Of a DNA stretch of 64,000 nucleotides, positions 41,304 to 51,324 are shown one piece after another. Positions within the stretch are counted from its first letter, which is position 1. The number at the start of each line of letters is the position of its first letter. Source of the DNA: an uncultured Actinomycetota bacterium (lineage in GTDB: Bacteria; Actinomycetota; Actinomycetes; Mycobacteriales; Mycobacteriaceae); assembly GCA_963851115.1 (NCBI GenBank), contig CAWKOI010000005.1:8317-72316 (forward strand). The letters run 5' to 3'. The position numbers and the translations under genes are program-made. A model generated the notes under the pieces. It was given only the letters and a program-made list of their open reading frames with translations, searched no databases and was not told where the DNA came from.

Positions 41304-42772
41304 CGACTCCGCCGAAAGAAAGAGGCACGCTGTGGGGCGTCGGGCTGGGGCCCGGCGATCCCGAACTGGTGACGGTCAAGGCCGCGCGGGTGATCGCCGA
41401 GGCCGACGTCGTCGCCTACCACAGCGCCCGTCACGGCCACAGCATCGCGCGCGGCATCGCCGAACCGTACCTGCGCCCGGGCCAGATCGAGGAGCACCTG
41501 GTCTACCCGGTGACCACCGAGGCCACGGACCATCCGGGCGGGTACGCCGGCGCGATCGAGGACTTCTACCGCGAGTCCGCCGAGCGCATCGCCGCACACC
41601 TCGAGGCCGGTCGCAACGTCGCCCTGCTCGCCGAGGGCGATCCGCTGTTCTACAGCTCCTATATGCACATGCACACCCGGCTGACGCAGCGGTTCGACGC
41701 CGTCATCGTCCCTGGCGTGACGTCGGTCAGCGCGGCGTCGGCGGCGACCGCGACGCCGCTGGTGCAGGGCGACGAGGTCCTGACGATCCTGCCCGGCACG
41801 CTGCCCGTCGACGAGCTGAAGCGCAGGCTCGCCGACACCGACGCCGCGGTGGTGCTCAAGCTGGGCCGGTCGTATCCGGCTGTGCGGGAGGCACTTTCGT
41901 CAACAGGACGGCTCGACGAGGCGTTCTATGTCGAACGGGCCAGTACGCCTCGGCAGCGCGTGCTGCCGGCGAGCGAGGTCGACGACGCCTCCGTGCCGTA
42001 CTTCTCGCTGGCGATGCTGCCAGGCGGCGCGAGGCGCGAGGCGACCACCGGCAGCGTCGCGGTGGTGGGCCTGGGCCCGGGTGACACCGACTGGATAACG
42101 CCGCAGAGCCGCCGCGAGTTGGCCGCGGCCACCGACCTCATCGGCTACGGGCCCTACCTGGACCGCGTCGGAACCCGGGACGGCCAGCGCCGGCACCCCA
42201 GCGACAACACCGACGAGCCGGCGCGGGCCCGGCTGGCCTGCACCCTGGCCGAACAGGGCCGTGCCGTTGCAGTGGTGTCCTCGGGCGACCCGGGCGTGTT
42301 CGCGATGGCCACCGCGGTGCTGGAAGAGGCCAAGCAGTGGCCGGGGGTACGGGTGCGGGTCATCCCGGCGATGACGGCCGCACAGGCCGTCGCCAGCCGG
42401 GTCGGCGCGCCGCTGGGACACGATTACGCGGTCATCTCCTTGTCCGACCGGCTGAAGCCGTGGGATGTGATCGCCGCTCGCCTGGATGCCGCCGCCCGCG
42501 CCGACCTGGTGCTGGCGATCTACAACCCGGCGTCGAAGACCCGCACATGGCAGGTCGGCGCGATGCGCGATCTGCTGCTGGAGCATCGCGACCCCGGCAC
42601 ACCGGTGGTGATCGGCCGCGACGTGTCCGGTCCGCGCGAAGAAGTGAAGGTGGTCCGGCTGGCGGATCTGGACCCCGCCGACGTTGACATGCGCTGCCTG
42701 CTCATCGTCGGGTCGTCGCAGACCCAGTGGTATGACGATCGCGTCTTCACGCCGCGGCGATACCCGAGCTAG
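41300..42772 (+). CDS. cobIJ: Bifunctional precorrin-2 C20 / precorrin-3B C17 methyltransferase
   Basis: Two tetrapyrrole methylase domains: [11 protein letters not shown]...EGDPLFYSS and VGLGPGD...[11 protein letters not shown]...[10 protein letters not shown]. Confidence 0.96.
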   Translation: MTTPPKERGTLWGVGLGPGDPELVTVKAARVIAEADVVAYHSARHGHSIARGIAEPYLRPGQIEEHLVYPVTTEATDHPGGYAGAIEDFYRESAERIAAHLEAGRNVALLAEGDPLFYSSYMHMHTRLTQRFDAVIVPGVTSVSAASAATATPLVQGDEVLTILPGTLPVDELKRRLADTDAAVVLKLGRSYPAVREALSSTGRLDEAFYVERASTPRQRVLPASEVDDASVPYFSLAMLPGGARREATTGSVAVVGLGPGDTDWITPQSRRELAAATDLIGYGPYLDRVGTRDGQRRHPSDNTDEPARARLACTLAEQGRAVAVVSSGDPGVFAMATAVLEEAKQWPGVRVRVIPAMTAAQAVASRVGAPLGHDYAVISLSDRLKPWDVIAARLDAAARADLVLAIYNPASKTRTWQVGAMRDLLLEHRDPGTPVVIGRDVSGPREEVKVVRLADLDPADVDMRCLLIVGSSQTQWYDDRVFTPRRYPS

Positions 42773-42943
42773 CGCGTGCCGAGTGTCGTCTTGTTGCACG
42801 CTGTGCAACCGAAAAGCGTGTCACAAGTCGACATTCGCCGAGCGAGGCAATCTGCTAGGAAGGGTGTATGAGCGTGACACGGCTTTTGACTGCTGTCGAG
42901 AAACGTTGACAGCTGTCGGCGCCGCGATTAGTGTCCCGCGTCC

Positions 42944-44026
42944 ATGACGATTCCCCGGTGCCCGGCCGATGTAACGCCGGTATGGCTTGCATCTGTACTG
43001 AGCACGAGCGGCACATCGGTCGAGGTCCGCGACGTGGACGTCACGCCGATCGGCACCGGGCAGACCGGTGCCACGTATCGGATCTCAGCGACGTATGCGA
43101 CGGAGCACCACAACCTGCCGACGACGTTCGCGATCAAGCTGCCCGCGCAGGACGACGCCGTTCGTGAGCGGGTCGCGCTCGGATACCGCTCCGAGGTCGA
43201 GTTCTACACCGACGTCGCGGACCGGGTGCGGATCCCCGTTCCCCGCTGCTTCCACAGTGACATCACCGACGACGGAAGCGATTTCGCTCTGCTGCTCGCC
43301 GACATGGCACCTGCGGTCCAGGGCGACCAGATCGCGGGTTGTAGTGCGCGGGAGGCCCGGCTGGCGGTGGAAGCCCTGGCAGGACTGCACGGCCCCAGCT
43401 GGTGCGATCCGCAGTGGCTGGAGCTGTCCGCTATCTCGATGCCCAAGCCGGGCGACGATGCCGCGGCGAAGGGCCTCGGTGACGTCTCCCGGATGGCCGC
43501 CGACATCGTGATCGAACGGCTCGGCGCTTCAATCAACGACGAGGACCGGGAAACACTCACCGCCGCAATGGGATTGGTGACGCCTTGGCTGGCGGCCGAA
43601 CCGAACCGGTACGCGCTGATGCACGGTGACTATCGGCTGGACAACATGCTGTTCGATCCCGATCGGACTCGCGTCACCGTCGTCGACTGGCAGACGATGG
43701 GCGTGGGACTTCCCGCACGAGATCTCGCGTACTTCACCGCGACAAGCCTCGATCCCGACGTGCGATCGCAGATCGAGAAGGATCTTGTCGCCGACTACCA
43801 TCGGGCGCTCTCGGGCTATGGCGTAATCGAATACGACTTCGACGCCTGCTGGCGCGACTACCGGCTCGGCGTTATCCAGGCGCCGCTCATCACGGCGCTC
43901 GGGCTGGCCTTCGCCTCATCCACCGAACGCGGCGACGAGATGATCCTGACCATGCTGAGCCGCGGCTGCCGGGCGGTGCGCGAGCTGGGCACCCTGGACC
44001 TGGTCAGCAGCTGCCAGTCGATCTGA
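42944..44026 (+). CDS. APH/ecdysteroid-kinase-like phosphotransferase
   Basis: [35 protein letters not shown]. Confidence 0.85.
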   Translation: MTIPRCPADVTPVWLASVLSTSGTSVEVRDVDVTPIGTGQTGATYRISATYATEHHNLPTTFAIKLPAQDDAVRERVALGYRSEVEFYTDVADRVRIPVPRCFHSDITDDGSDFALLLADMAPAVQGDQIAGCSAREARLAVEALAGLHGPSWCDPQWLELSAISMPKPGDDAAAKGLGDVSRMAADIVIERLGASINDEDRETLTAAMGLVTPWLAAEPNRYALMHGDYRLDNMLFDPDRTRVTVVDWQTMGVGLPARDLAYFTATSLDPDVRSQIEKDLVADYHRALSGYGVIEYDFDACWRDYRLGVIQAPLITALGLAFASSTERGDEMILTMLSRGCRAVRELGTLDLVSSCQSI

Positions 44027-44735
44027 CCCAGGCGGCCGCGTCGTCGACGGTGCTCACCGTCCTCACTCCCGGCGGCAGCGGCGGGCGGTCCACCATCACC
44101 ACCGGAATACCCAACCCGGCTGCGGCATCAAGTTTGGGTCGCGTCATCGAACCGCCGCTGTTCTTCGTCACCAGTGCGTCGATGCGGTGTGCGCGCAGCA
44201 GCGCCAGCTCGTCGTCGTAACGGTAGGGACCCCGTGACAACACCACCTGGTGGCGCCGCGGCAAGCCTTCCGCATCCGGCGCGGTCACTGCCCGGATCAA
44301 AAACCAGGCGTCGATGTCCGCGAAGGCCGCGATGCCGGATCGCCCCGTCGTCAGGAACACCCGCGAATACCCCCGAGCGGCAACGGTCTTCGCCGCCTCC
44401 TCATCGGAGCCGACCACGATCGCATCACCGGGCGGCCATGCCGGGCGGGCCAACACCAGATGGGGCACCCGCAGCTCGCCACACACCGTAGCGGCGTGCC
44501 CGGTGATCGTGGCGGCGTACGGGTGTGTGGCATCAACCACAGCGTCCACGTCGGAGTCGAGCAGCCAGCGACGCATCCCGTCGATGCCACCGAACCCGCC
44601 GATCCGCACCTCGCCGACCGGCAGGGCCGGGTCGGGCACCCGGCCGGCCAGCGAGCTGATCACGGCGACTTCGGGGTGAAGTTTCGCGGCGAGGGCGCGC
44701 GCCTCGGAGGTGCCGCCCAGCAGCAGGATTCGCAT
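44004..44735 (-). CDS. cobK: Precorrin-6A reductase
   Basis: MRILLLGGTSEA, RIGGFGG, VDATHPYA, VTKNSGG. Confidence 0.95.
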   Translation of the reverse strand: MRILLLGGTSEARALAAKLHPEVAVISSLAGRVPDPALPVGEVRIGGFGGIDGMRRWLLDSDVDAVVDATHPYAATITGHAATVCGELRVPHLVLARPAWPPGDAIVVGSDEEAAKTVAARGYSRVFLTTGRSGIAAFADIDAWFLIRAVTAPDAEGLPRRHQVVLSRGPYRYDDELALLRAHRIDALVTKNSGGSMTRPKLDAAAGLGIPVVMVDRPPLPPGVRTVSTVDDAAAWVRSTGSC

Positions 44736-45490
44736 CAATGCCGTTCCCGACGGGTACGTCCCGACGAGTATAGGTAGCTGTCGGAAAAGCCTTCGGCGGC
44801 AAGCACGTCGCCGACGACGATGACGGCGGTGCGGGTGATGCCCGCGGCCTTCGTCTCCTCGGCGAGGTCGGCCAAACTGCATCGCACCACCGTCTGTTGC
44901 GGCCAGCTTGCGAATGCCACTACAGCACAGGGGGTTTCGGGCGCATAGCCGCCGGCCAGCAACTCAGGGACTATCGCATCGATCTGGGCGGCGGCCAGGT
45001 GCAACACCAGCGTGGAACCCGGCGCGGACAGCGTCGCAAGGTCCTCCCCCTCCGGCATGGCGGTGGACAGCGTGGCCACCCGCGTCAGTGTCACCGTCTG
45101 CGCCACCCCGGGAACCGTGAGCTCGCGGCCCAGCACCGCCGCGGCGGCAGCGAAAGCCGGTACTCCGGGCACGATTTCGTAGTCGATGCCGAGGGCGTCG
45201 AGGCGGCGGCACTGCTCGGCCAGGGCGCTGTAGATCGACGGATCACCGGAGTGCAGCCGGGCCACGTCGAGACCCGCCGCGTGCGCGTCGGCCAGTTCGG
45301 TGATGATCTGGTCGAGCGTCAGTGGGCCCGTGTCGATCACGCGGGCGTCCGGCGGACACAGCGCCAGCAAGTCGTCGGGCATGATCGAGCCGGCGTACAG
45401 GCAGACCGGGCAGCGGCCCAACAGTCGCTGACCGCGGACGGTGATCAGATCGGCCGCTCCCGGCCCGGCCCCGATGAAGTAGACGGTCAT
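44735..45490 (-). CDS. cobM: Precorrin-4 C11-methyltransferase
   Basis: YFIGAGPGAADLITVRG, RLHSGDPSIY, SYLYS. Confidence 0.96.
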   Translation of the reverse strand: MTVYFIGAGPGAADLITVRGQRLLGRCPVCLYAGSIMPDDLLALCPPDARVIDTGPLTLDQIITELADAHAAGLDVARLHSGDPSIYSALAEQCRRLDALGIDYEIVPGVPAFAAAAAVLGRELTVPGVAQTVTLTRVATLSTAMPEGEDLATLSAPGSTLVLHLAAAQIDAIVPELLAGGYAPETPCAVVAFASWPQQTVVRCSLADLAEETKAAGITRTAVIVVGDVLAAEGFSDSYLYSSGRTRRERH

Positions 45491-46665
45491 TGCTTCGCCA
45501 CCGACCACTGCGTGACGGGCAGCGCAGGACGCCAGCCGGTGAATCCGCCGAGGGGCTCTCCGCGGTAGTGCTGGAACCGCATCAGCTCACCACCGACACG
45601 TGAATAACATTGGGCAAGAACGGCTTCCGATTCCGCGGTGACGGCGTTTGCAACCAGCCGACCGCCAACGGCCAGCCGCTCATAACAGGCGTCCAGCAGC
45701 CCAGGCTGGGTCAGGCCGCCACCCACGAAGATCGCCGACGGCTGCGGTGCACCGTCAAACGCCGCCGGCGCGTCACCCCGCACATCGACCTTCACGCCGA
45801 ACGCCACCGCGTTGGCGGCGATCCGCTTGCGGCGTTGCTCGTCGCGTTCGAACGCCACTGCCGCGCAGCCGAATCCGCCGCGGCACCATTCGATGGCGAT
45901 GCTGCCCGATCCCGCTCCGACGTCCCAGAGCATCTCGCCGGGTCGCGGCGCCAGCGCCGCCAGCGTGACCGCGCGCATCGATTGCTTGGTGATCTGCCCG
46001 TCGTGGGCGAAACAGTCGTCGGGCAGTACCTGCAACACACGCTCATCGGGTAGGTAGCGCACGGCGACGACGTTGAGGTCGTCGACGTCGCTGGGCGGTC
46101 GGACAGCCCACTCACGGGCGGTGGCCGAACGACGCCGCTCGCCAGGACCGCCGAGCTGCTCGAGCACCGTGATCTCGGAGTCGCCGCGTCCGGAGTCGGC
46201 CAGCATCCGTGCCAGTGTCGCCGGACCGGCGCCGTCGCGGGACATCACAACGGCCTGCCCGCCGCGACGCACCGCGGTGTGCGGCGGCGCGGTGACCAGG
46301 CTGATCACCTCGGTGTCCTGTACCGCCCATCCGACCCGGGAGCATGCGAGCGTCACCGACGACACATGCGGCAGCACGGCAACGCGATCAGGCCCGTACA
46401 GCCTGATGAGCGTGTTGCCGATCCCATGCAGCAGCGGGTCACCGCTGGCCACCACATGGACGTCGCCGTCGGCGCCGTCGAGCAGGGTCCGCAGCGCCGG
46501 CAGCATCGGGGACGGCCACTCCCGGCGCGGCGCGCGCACGGTGTCGTCGAGCAGATCGAGTTGGCGCCGTGACCCGTAAACCACCGTGGCCCTGGCTAAT
46601 TCGGCCCGCGACGCCGGTGCGAGCCCGGCCATACCGTCCGCACCGATTCCCACGACGACGATCAT
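45487..46665 (-). CDS. cobL: Precorrin-6Y C5,15-methyltransferase (CbiE/CbiT fusion)
   Basis: VVGIGADG, ASGDPLLHGIG, HDGQITK, WDVGAGSGSIAIEW. Confidence 0.95.
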   Translation of the reverse strand: MIVVVGIGADGMAGLAPASRAELARATVVYGSRRQLDLLDDTVRAPRREWPSPMLPALRTLLDGADGDVHVVASGDPLLHGIGNTLIRLYGPDRVAVLPHVSSVTLACSRVGWAVQDTEVISLVTAPPHTAVRRGGQAVVMSRDGAGPATLARMLADSGRGDSEITVLEQLGGPGERRRSATAREWAVRPPSDVDDLNVVAVRYLPDERVLQVLPDDCFAHDGQITKQSMRAVTLAALAPRPGEMLWDVGAGSGSIAIEWCRGGFGCAAVAFERDEQRRKRIAANAVAFGVKVDVRGDAPAAFDGAPQPSAIFVGGGLTQPGLLDACYERLAVGGRLVANAVTAESEAVLAQCYSRVGGELMRFQHYRGEPLGGFTGWRPALPVTQWSVAKQ

Positions 46666-47417
46666 CGCGGCATCCTCCGCCAGACGAACTGCGGCAACAA
46701 CCTCATCCCGAAGAACACCGGCCGAAGTATCCACGGCACCCACACCGTGCGGCGGCCCTTGGCCAGCGCGCGTGCCGTCGCGGCCGCTACCTGTGCCGGC
46801 GTGCTGGAGAACGGCGCGGGCGTCATGCCCTCGGTCATCCGCCCGACGACGAAGCCGGGCCTCACCACCAGCAATCGCACGCCCGAACCGTGCAGGGCAT
46901 CGGCCAGGCCGCTGCAGAAACCGTCCAACCCGGCCTTGGCCGATCCATACACGTAGTTGGCACGGCGCACCCGCACCCCGGCCACTGACGAGAACGCGAC
47001 GATTGATCCGCTGCCTGCCGCCCGCATGGTGCCTGCCAGCACGGTGAGCAAGCTCACCTGCGCGACGAAGTCGGTGTGCACGATCGCCGCGGCGTGGGCC
47101 GGATCCTTCTCCGCGAGGGCCTGGTCGCCGAGGATGCCGAAGGCCAGCACCGCGGTGCCGATCGGGCCGTGCTCGGCGACGACGGATTCGACGAGGGGGC
47201 CGTGCGGCTCGAGGTCGTCGGCGTCGAATTCGCGCACGTGAACGGCGGCGGCACCGGCTCCGAGCAGCGCCGAGACCTGCTCGCCGAGATCGTCGGCGCG
47301 ACGGGCCGCCAGCAACACGGTCGTGCCGGGGGCCAGCCTCGTGGCCAGCTCGACCCCGATTTCGCTGCGGCCGCCGAAAATCACGACGACCCCGCCCGTG
47401 TCAGCCGTGTCTTTCAT
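46662..47417 (-). CDS. SDR family oxidoreductase (Rv2073c-like)
   Basis: [16 protein letters not shown] (YxxxK), VRPGFV. Confidence 0.9.
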   Translation of the reverse strand: MKDTADTGGVVVIFGGRSEIGVELATRLAPGTTVLLAARRADDLGEQVSALLGAGAAAVHVREFDADDLEPHGPLVESVVAEHGPIGTAVLAFGILGDQALAEKDPAHAAAIVHTDFVAQVSLLTVLAGTMRAAGSGSIVAFSSVAGVRVRRANYVYGSAKAGLDGFCSGLADALHGSGVRLLVVRPGFVVGRMTEGMTPAPFSSTPAQVAAATARALAKGRRTVWVPWILRPVFFGMRLLPQFVWRRMPR

Positions 47418-47452
47418 GGCAGCGATTATCACCTGCGCTACGTTGGATGCCG

Positions 47453-47866
47453 ATGGCGAAGGCAACTACCCGGCTCACCAACGACGCGCTGGCGTTTCTC
47501 ACCGAACGGCATCTGGCGATGCTGACGACGCTGCGCTCGAACAATTCACCACATGTCGTGGCGGTCGGTTTCACCTTCGACCCGAAGACCCACATCGCCC
47601 GCGTCATCACCACCGGCGGATCACAGAAGGCCGTGAACGCCGGCGAACAGGGCGTCGCAGTGCTCAGCCAGGTCGACGGCGCGCGGTGGCTGTCGCTGGA
47701 GGGCAAAGCCAGCGTCAACACCGACGCCGAGGCCGTGCGCGACGCCGAACTGCGCTATGCCCAGCGCTATCGCACTCCGCGGGTCAATCCGCGCCGCGTG
47801 GTGATCGAAGTCCGTGTCGAGCGGGTGCTCGGCTCCTCCGACCTGCTGGACCGCGCCGAGGATTAG
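47453..47866 (+). CDS. F420H2-dependent biliverdin reductase (Rv2074-like)
   Basis: [14 protein letters not shown]...[11 protein letters not shown]...[12 protein letters not shown]; synteny. Confidence 0.9.
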   Translation: MAKATTRLTNDALAFLTERHLAMLTTLRSNNSPHVVAVGFTFDPKTHIARVITTGGSQKAVNAGEQGVAVLSQVDGARWLSLEGKASVNTDAEAVRDAELRYAQRYRTPRVNPRRVVIEVRVERVLGSSDLLDRAED

Positions 47867-47867
47867 G

Positions 47868-47929
47868 CGCGAGCAGACGCAAAGTTCCCCTTTTTGCGGC
47901 GTGTCGGGGTGCTTTTGCGTCTGCTCGCG
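47868..47929. repeat. REP-like intergenic palindrome, copy 3
   Basis: 16-bp perfect arms CGCGAGCAGACGCAAA / TTTGCGTCTGCTCGCG with CGGCGTGTCG core, between convergent genes. Confidence 0.85.
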
Positions 47930-47937
47930 GAGAGAAA

Positions 47938-49080
47938 TTAGCCCGACGGGGCCGGGCCTGCGGGTACGACGACCAATTCGTGCGGGCGGTTGTTGACCGA
48001 GAGCGCACCGTCGGCGGTGACGATCACGATGTCCTCGATGCGGGCGCCCCACTGGCCTGGGAAGTAGATGCCCGGCTCGACGGAGAACGCCATGCCCTCC
48101 TGAAGCGGCAGGGCGTTCCCGGCGACGATGTAGGGCTCCTCATGCACCGAGAGCCCGATGCCATGACCCGTGCGGTGCACGAACGCCTCCGCCAGACCCT
48201 CGGCGGCCAGCACGTCGCGGGCCACGGCGTCCACCTGCTCCGCGGTCACCCCGGGCCGCACCGCCTCGACGGCGGCTTGCTGGGCGCGCTGCAGCACCGC
48301 GTACCGTCGGGCCACTTCGGGATCGGGCTCACCAATGCTGTAGGTGCGGGTGGAGTCGGAGTTGTAACCCGGCTCGTACGGGCCGCCGATGTCCACCACC
48401 ACGACGTCACCCGCCCGCAGCTCGCGGTCCGAACACTCGTGGTGCGGGTCCGCGCCGTGCGGCCCTGACCCGACAATGATGAAAGCCACCTCCGAATGCC
48501 CTTCGGCGACAATGGCTTCGGCGATGTCTGCGGCGACGTCGGCCTCGGTGCGGCCGGGCACCAAGAACTCCGGCACCCGCGCATGGACCCGGTCGATCGC
48601 CGCGCCGGCCTTGCGGAGGGCGTCGATCTCGGCGGCGTCCTTGATCATCCGCATCCGGCGCAGCACATCGGTGGCCAGCACGGGCACCACGCCCAGCACG
48701 TCGGCCAGCGGCAGCAGGTGCAGTGCGGGCATCGAATCGGTGACCGCCGTGGCTGCCGGTGCACCGCCGAGCGCATCGGCGACCAGCCGGTACGGATCGT
48801 CGCCGTCGACCCAGTCCCGCACCGCCAGACCGAGTTCCGTCACCGCCGATTCCTTCAGGGAGGCCAGCTCCATGCGCGGCACCACGACCGTCGGCTCACC
48901 GGACGCCGGCAGCACCAGCGCCGTCAGCCGCTCGAAGGTCTGCGCGCGCGAGCCGACGAGGTAGCGCAGGTCGTAGCCCGGCGTGATGACAAGGCCGGCC
49001 AGTCCGGCTTCGGCGGCGGCGCTCGCCGCCGAAGAGAGTCGCTGCGCGTACACGTCAGTGCTGAATCGACCGGCCGTCAT
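47938..49080 (-). CDS. pepE: M24 family Xaa-Pro dipeptidase
   Basis: DIGG...YNSDSTRT, HRTGHGIGLSVHEEP, SVEPGIY, ARIED. Confidence 0.9.
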   Translation of the reverse strand: MTAGRFSTDVYAQRLSSAASAAAEAGLAGLVITPGYDLRYLVGSRAQTFERLTALVLPASGEPTVVVPRMELASLKESAVTELGLAVRDWVDGDDPYRLVADALGGAPAATAVTDSMPALHLLPLADVLGVVPVLATDVLRRMRMIKDAAEIDALRKAGAAIDRVHARVPEFLVPGRTEADVAADIAEAIVAEGHSEVAFIIVGSGPHGADPHHECSDRELRAGDVVVVDIGGPYEPGYNSDSTRTYSIGEPDPEVARRYAVLQRAQQAAVEAVRPGVTAEQVDAVARDVLAAEGLAEAFVHRTGHGIGLSVHEEPYIVAGNALPLQEGMAFSVEPGIYFPGQWGARIEDIVIVTADGALSVNNRPHELVVVPAGPAPSG

Positions 49081-49090
49081 GGAACTCAGG

Positions 49091-49486
49091 CTAATCGGGG
49101 CTCGAATAGCTGGCGACCTCGATCAGATTGCCGTCCGGATCGCGGCAGTAGTGCGAGATCATCGGGCCAAGCGCACCGGTCTTCGAAACGGGTCCAGCGG
49201 TGATCGCCACGCCGCAGGCGCGAAGGTGGTCACCGATGTCGTCGGCGCTCATGTCTGCGATGAAGCACAGATCAAGCGAGCCGGGGGTGTCGACCGCGCC
49301 GGTCTCCCAATTGGCCGCGCCGGTGGGCCGCATGTTGATCTTCTGGTTTCCGAACGCCAATGCCACGCGGCCCTCACCGAACACCTCGCGCCTCATGCCG
49401 AGCACCCGGACGTACCAGTCGGTGGCGGCCTCGACGTCGCGGCAGTTGAGCACCACGTGGTCGATTCGGTTAACAGCGAAGGGCAT
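49091..49486 (-). CDS. VOC family protein
   Basis: [38 protein letters not shown]. Confidence 0.9.
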   Translation of the reverse strand: MPFAVNRIDHVVLNCRDVEAATDWYVRVLGMRREVFGEGRVALAFGNQKINMRPTGAANWETGAVDTPGSLDLCFIADMSADDIGDHLRACGVAITAGPVSKTGALGPMISHYCRDPDGNLIEVASYSSPD

Positions 49487-49509
49487 ACCCCACGCTACTG
49501 TCAGTGACC

Positions 49510-50472
49510 GTGGCTGCTCCCCTGTTACTGCTCGACGGCGCCAGCATGTGGTTTCGCTCCTATTTCGGGGTGCCGTCCTCGATAACTGCACCCGACGGTC
49601 GGCCTGTCAACGCGCTGCGCGGCTTCCTGGACGCGACGGCCACGGTGATCACCCGCGAACGCCCGGCCCGCCTGGTGGTGTGCCGCGACGACGACTGGCG
49701 GCCGCAGTGGCGGGTGGACCTCATCCCGTCGTACAAGGCGCACCGCGTTGCCGTGCCCGAACCCGCTGGCCAGCCCGACATCGAGGAGGTACCCGACGAC
49801 CTCACGCCGCAGGTCGACATGATCATGGAGATGCTGGACGCGTTCGGCATCCCCACCGCAGGTGCGCCCGGCTTCGAGGCCGACGACGTGCTCGGCACGC
49901 TGGCCTTCAAGGAGCGCCGCGATCCGGTGGTCGTGGTCAGTGGCGACCGTGATCTGCTGCAACTGGTGAGTGACGACCCGGTCAAGGTCAGGGTGCTGTA
50001 CCTGGGCCGCGGACTGGCCAAGGCGACGCTGTTCGGCCCCGCAGAGGTCGCGGAGAATTACGGCGTACCGGTCGACCGCGCCGGACCGGCCTACGCCGAA
50101 TTGGCGTTGATGCGTGGCGATCCGTCGGACGGGCTGCCCGGCGTCCCTGGTGTCGGTGAGAAGACGGCCGCGACGCTGCTGGCGCAGCACGGCTCACTGG
50201 AGCAGATCCTGGTCGCCGCCCACGATCCGAAATCGAAGATGTCCAAGGCGTATCGGACCAAGCTGCTGGCGGCGACCGACTACATCGAGGCGGCCGGCCC
50301 GGTCGTGCAGGTAGCAACCGACGCGCCGGTCACGCTGTCCACTTCCTCGGACACGCTGCCGTTGGCGGCCGAGCATCCGCGCAAGGTGGCCAAGCTGGCC
50401 GAAACCTACGGTGTGACGTCCGCGATCGGACGGCTGCAGAAGGCGCTCGACGGCCTTCCGGCAGCTAACTAG
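49510..50472 (+). CDS. fenA: 5'-3' exonuclease / flap endonuclease (Rv2090-like)
   Basis: [54 protein letters not shown]. Confidence 0.92.
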   Translation: MAAPLLLLDGASMWFRSYFGVPSSITAPDGRPVNALRGFLDATATVITRERPARLVVCRDDDWRPQWRVDLIPSYKAHRVAVPEPAGQPDIEEVPDDLTPQVDMIMEMLDAFGIPTAGAPGFEADDVLGTLAFKERRDPVVVVSGDRDLLQLVSDDPVKVRVLYLGRGLAKATLFGPAEVAENYGVPVDRAGPAYAELALMRGDPSDGLPGVPGVGEKTAATLLAQHGSLEQILVAAHDPKSKMSKAYRTKLLAATDYIEAAGPVVQVATDAPVTLSTSSDTLPLAAEHPRKVAKLAETYGVTSAIGRLQKALDGLPAAN

Positions 50473-50473
50473 G

Positions 50474-51289
50474 CTACTTGGGCCTGCCGACCTCGTACGT
50501 GCCGTCGTCGTCCTGGAACGTCACCGTCACCTGGCGCTTGGTGCCGTCGATGCTGACCTCGCAGTTGAAAGTGTCACCCTTTTTCACCGCGGGGCTCTGG
50601 CCGTCGTTGCACTTGACGTCCTTGACGTTCTTGGCGCCGTAGCCGTTGGCCTCGTCGGTCAGGATCTGCTGCACCCCGGTCTGCGCGGCGCCGATGTCCA
50701 GCTTGGTGGTGACGAAGAAGCCCGGCTTCCAGAAGCCGAGCACCAGCACCACGGCGACGATGATCGCTGCCAGCAGGCCGACGACGCCGCCGATAACCGC
50801 CAGCGAGCGCTTGGAACCCTCCTCGGGGCCCGGCGCGCCGTATTGCCCGTACTGCCCTGGCTGCTGGCCGTACTGACCGGGCTGCTGGCCGTACTGACCG
50901 GGCTGTTGTCCGTATTGCGTGCCCGGCTGCTGACCGTACTGCTGGCCGTACTGACCGGGCTGTTGTCCGTACTGACCGGGCGGCGGGTACGCCGACGGGC
51001 TGTACTCGGTGGGCTGCTGACCGAACTGCTCGGTCGGCGGGTACTGCTGCTGCGGCGGCTGGTAGGCGGGCTGCGACGGTTGCTGGTATTGCGGGTACTG
51101 CTGCTGTTGCGGGTCGTAGGCCGGAGGCTGCTGCCACGACGGCGCCGCGGTGGTCGGCTGATCGGCCTCGGGGTTAGGCGGCTGCCACGGCTGGTCGGCC
51201 GACGGCTCGCTCGACGGCTGGTCCTGGCCGGGCTCCGGCTGCTGACCGGGCCACGGTTGCGTCGGATCAGATCCTTGCGGTCCGCTCAT
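50474..51289 (-). CDS. Pro/Gln-rich membrane protein with DUF4333-like domain (Rv2091c-like)
   Basis: Low-complexity PQ N-terminus, one TM helix, C-terminal VKCNDG...FNCEVSIDG. Confidence 0.88.
   Translation of the reverse strand: MSGPQGSDPTQPWPGQQPEPGQDQPSSEPSADQPWQPPNPEADQPTTAAPSWQQPPAYDPQQQQYPQYQQPSQPAYQPPQQQYPPTEQFGQQPTEYSPSAYPPPGQYGQQPGQYGQQYGQQPGTQYGQQPGQYGQQPGQYGQQPGQYGQYGAPGPEEGSKRSLAVIGGVVGLLAAIIVAVVLVLGFWKPGFFVTTKLDIGAAQTGVQQILTDEANGYGAKNVKDVKCNDGQSPAVKKGDTFNCEVSIDGTKRQVTVTFQDDDGTYEVGRPK
50843..50980 (-). repeat. Imperfect 21-bp coding repeats (QQPGQYG)
   Basis: About six GQYGQQP-type units in the Rv2091c-like protein. Confidence 0.8.
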
Positions 51290-51324
51290 CTCTCTCCTTG
51301 GTCGAGGTGTGCTGGCAACACACA

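Noticed and set aside
42914-42934. Possible PafBC-dependent promoter TGTCGG-N9-TAGTGT before the kinase
   Set aside because: Spacer is 9 nt rather than the expected 10 and the gene has no DNA-repair link; a similar near-miss before lppI has a 5-nt spacer
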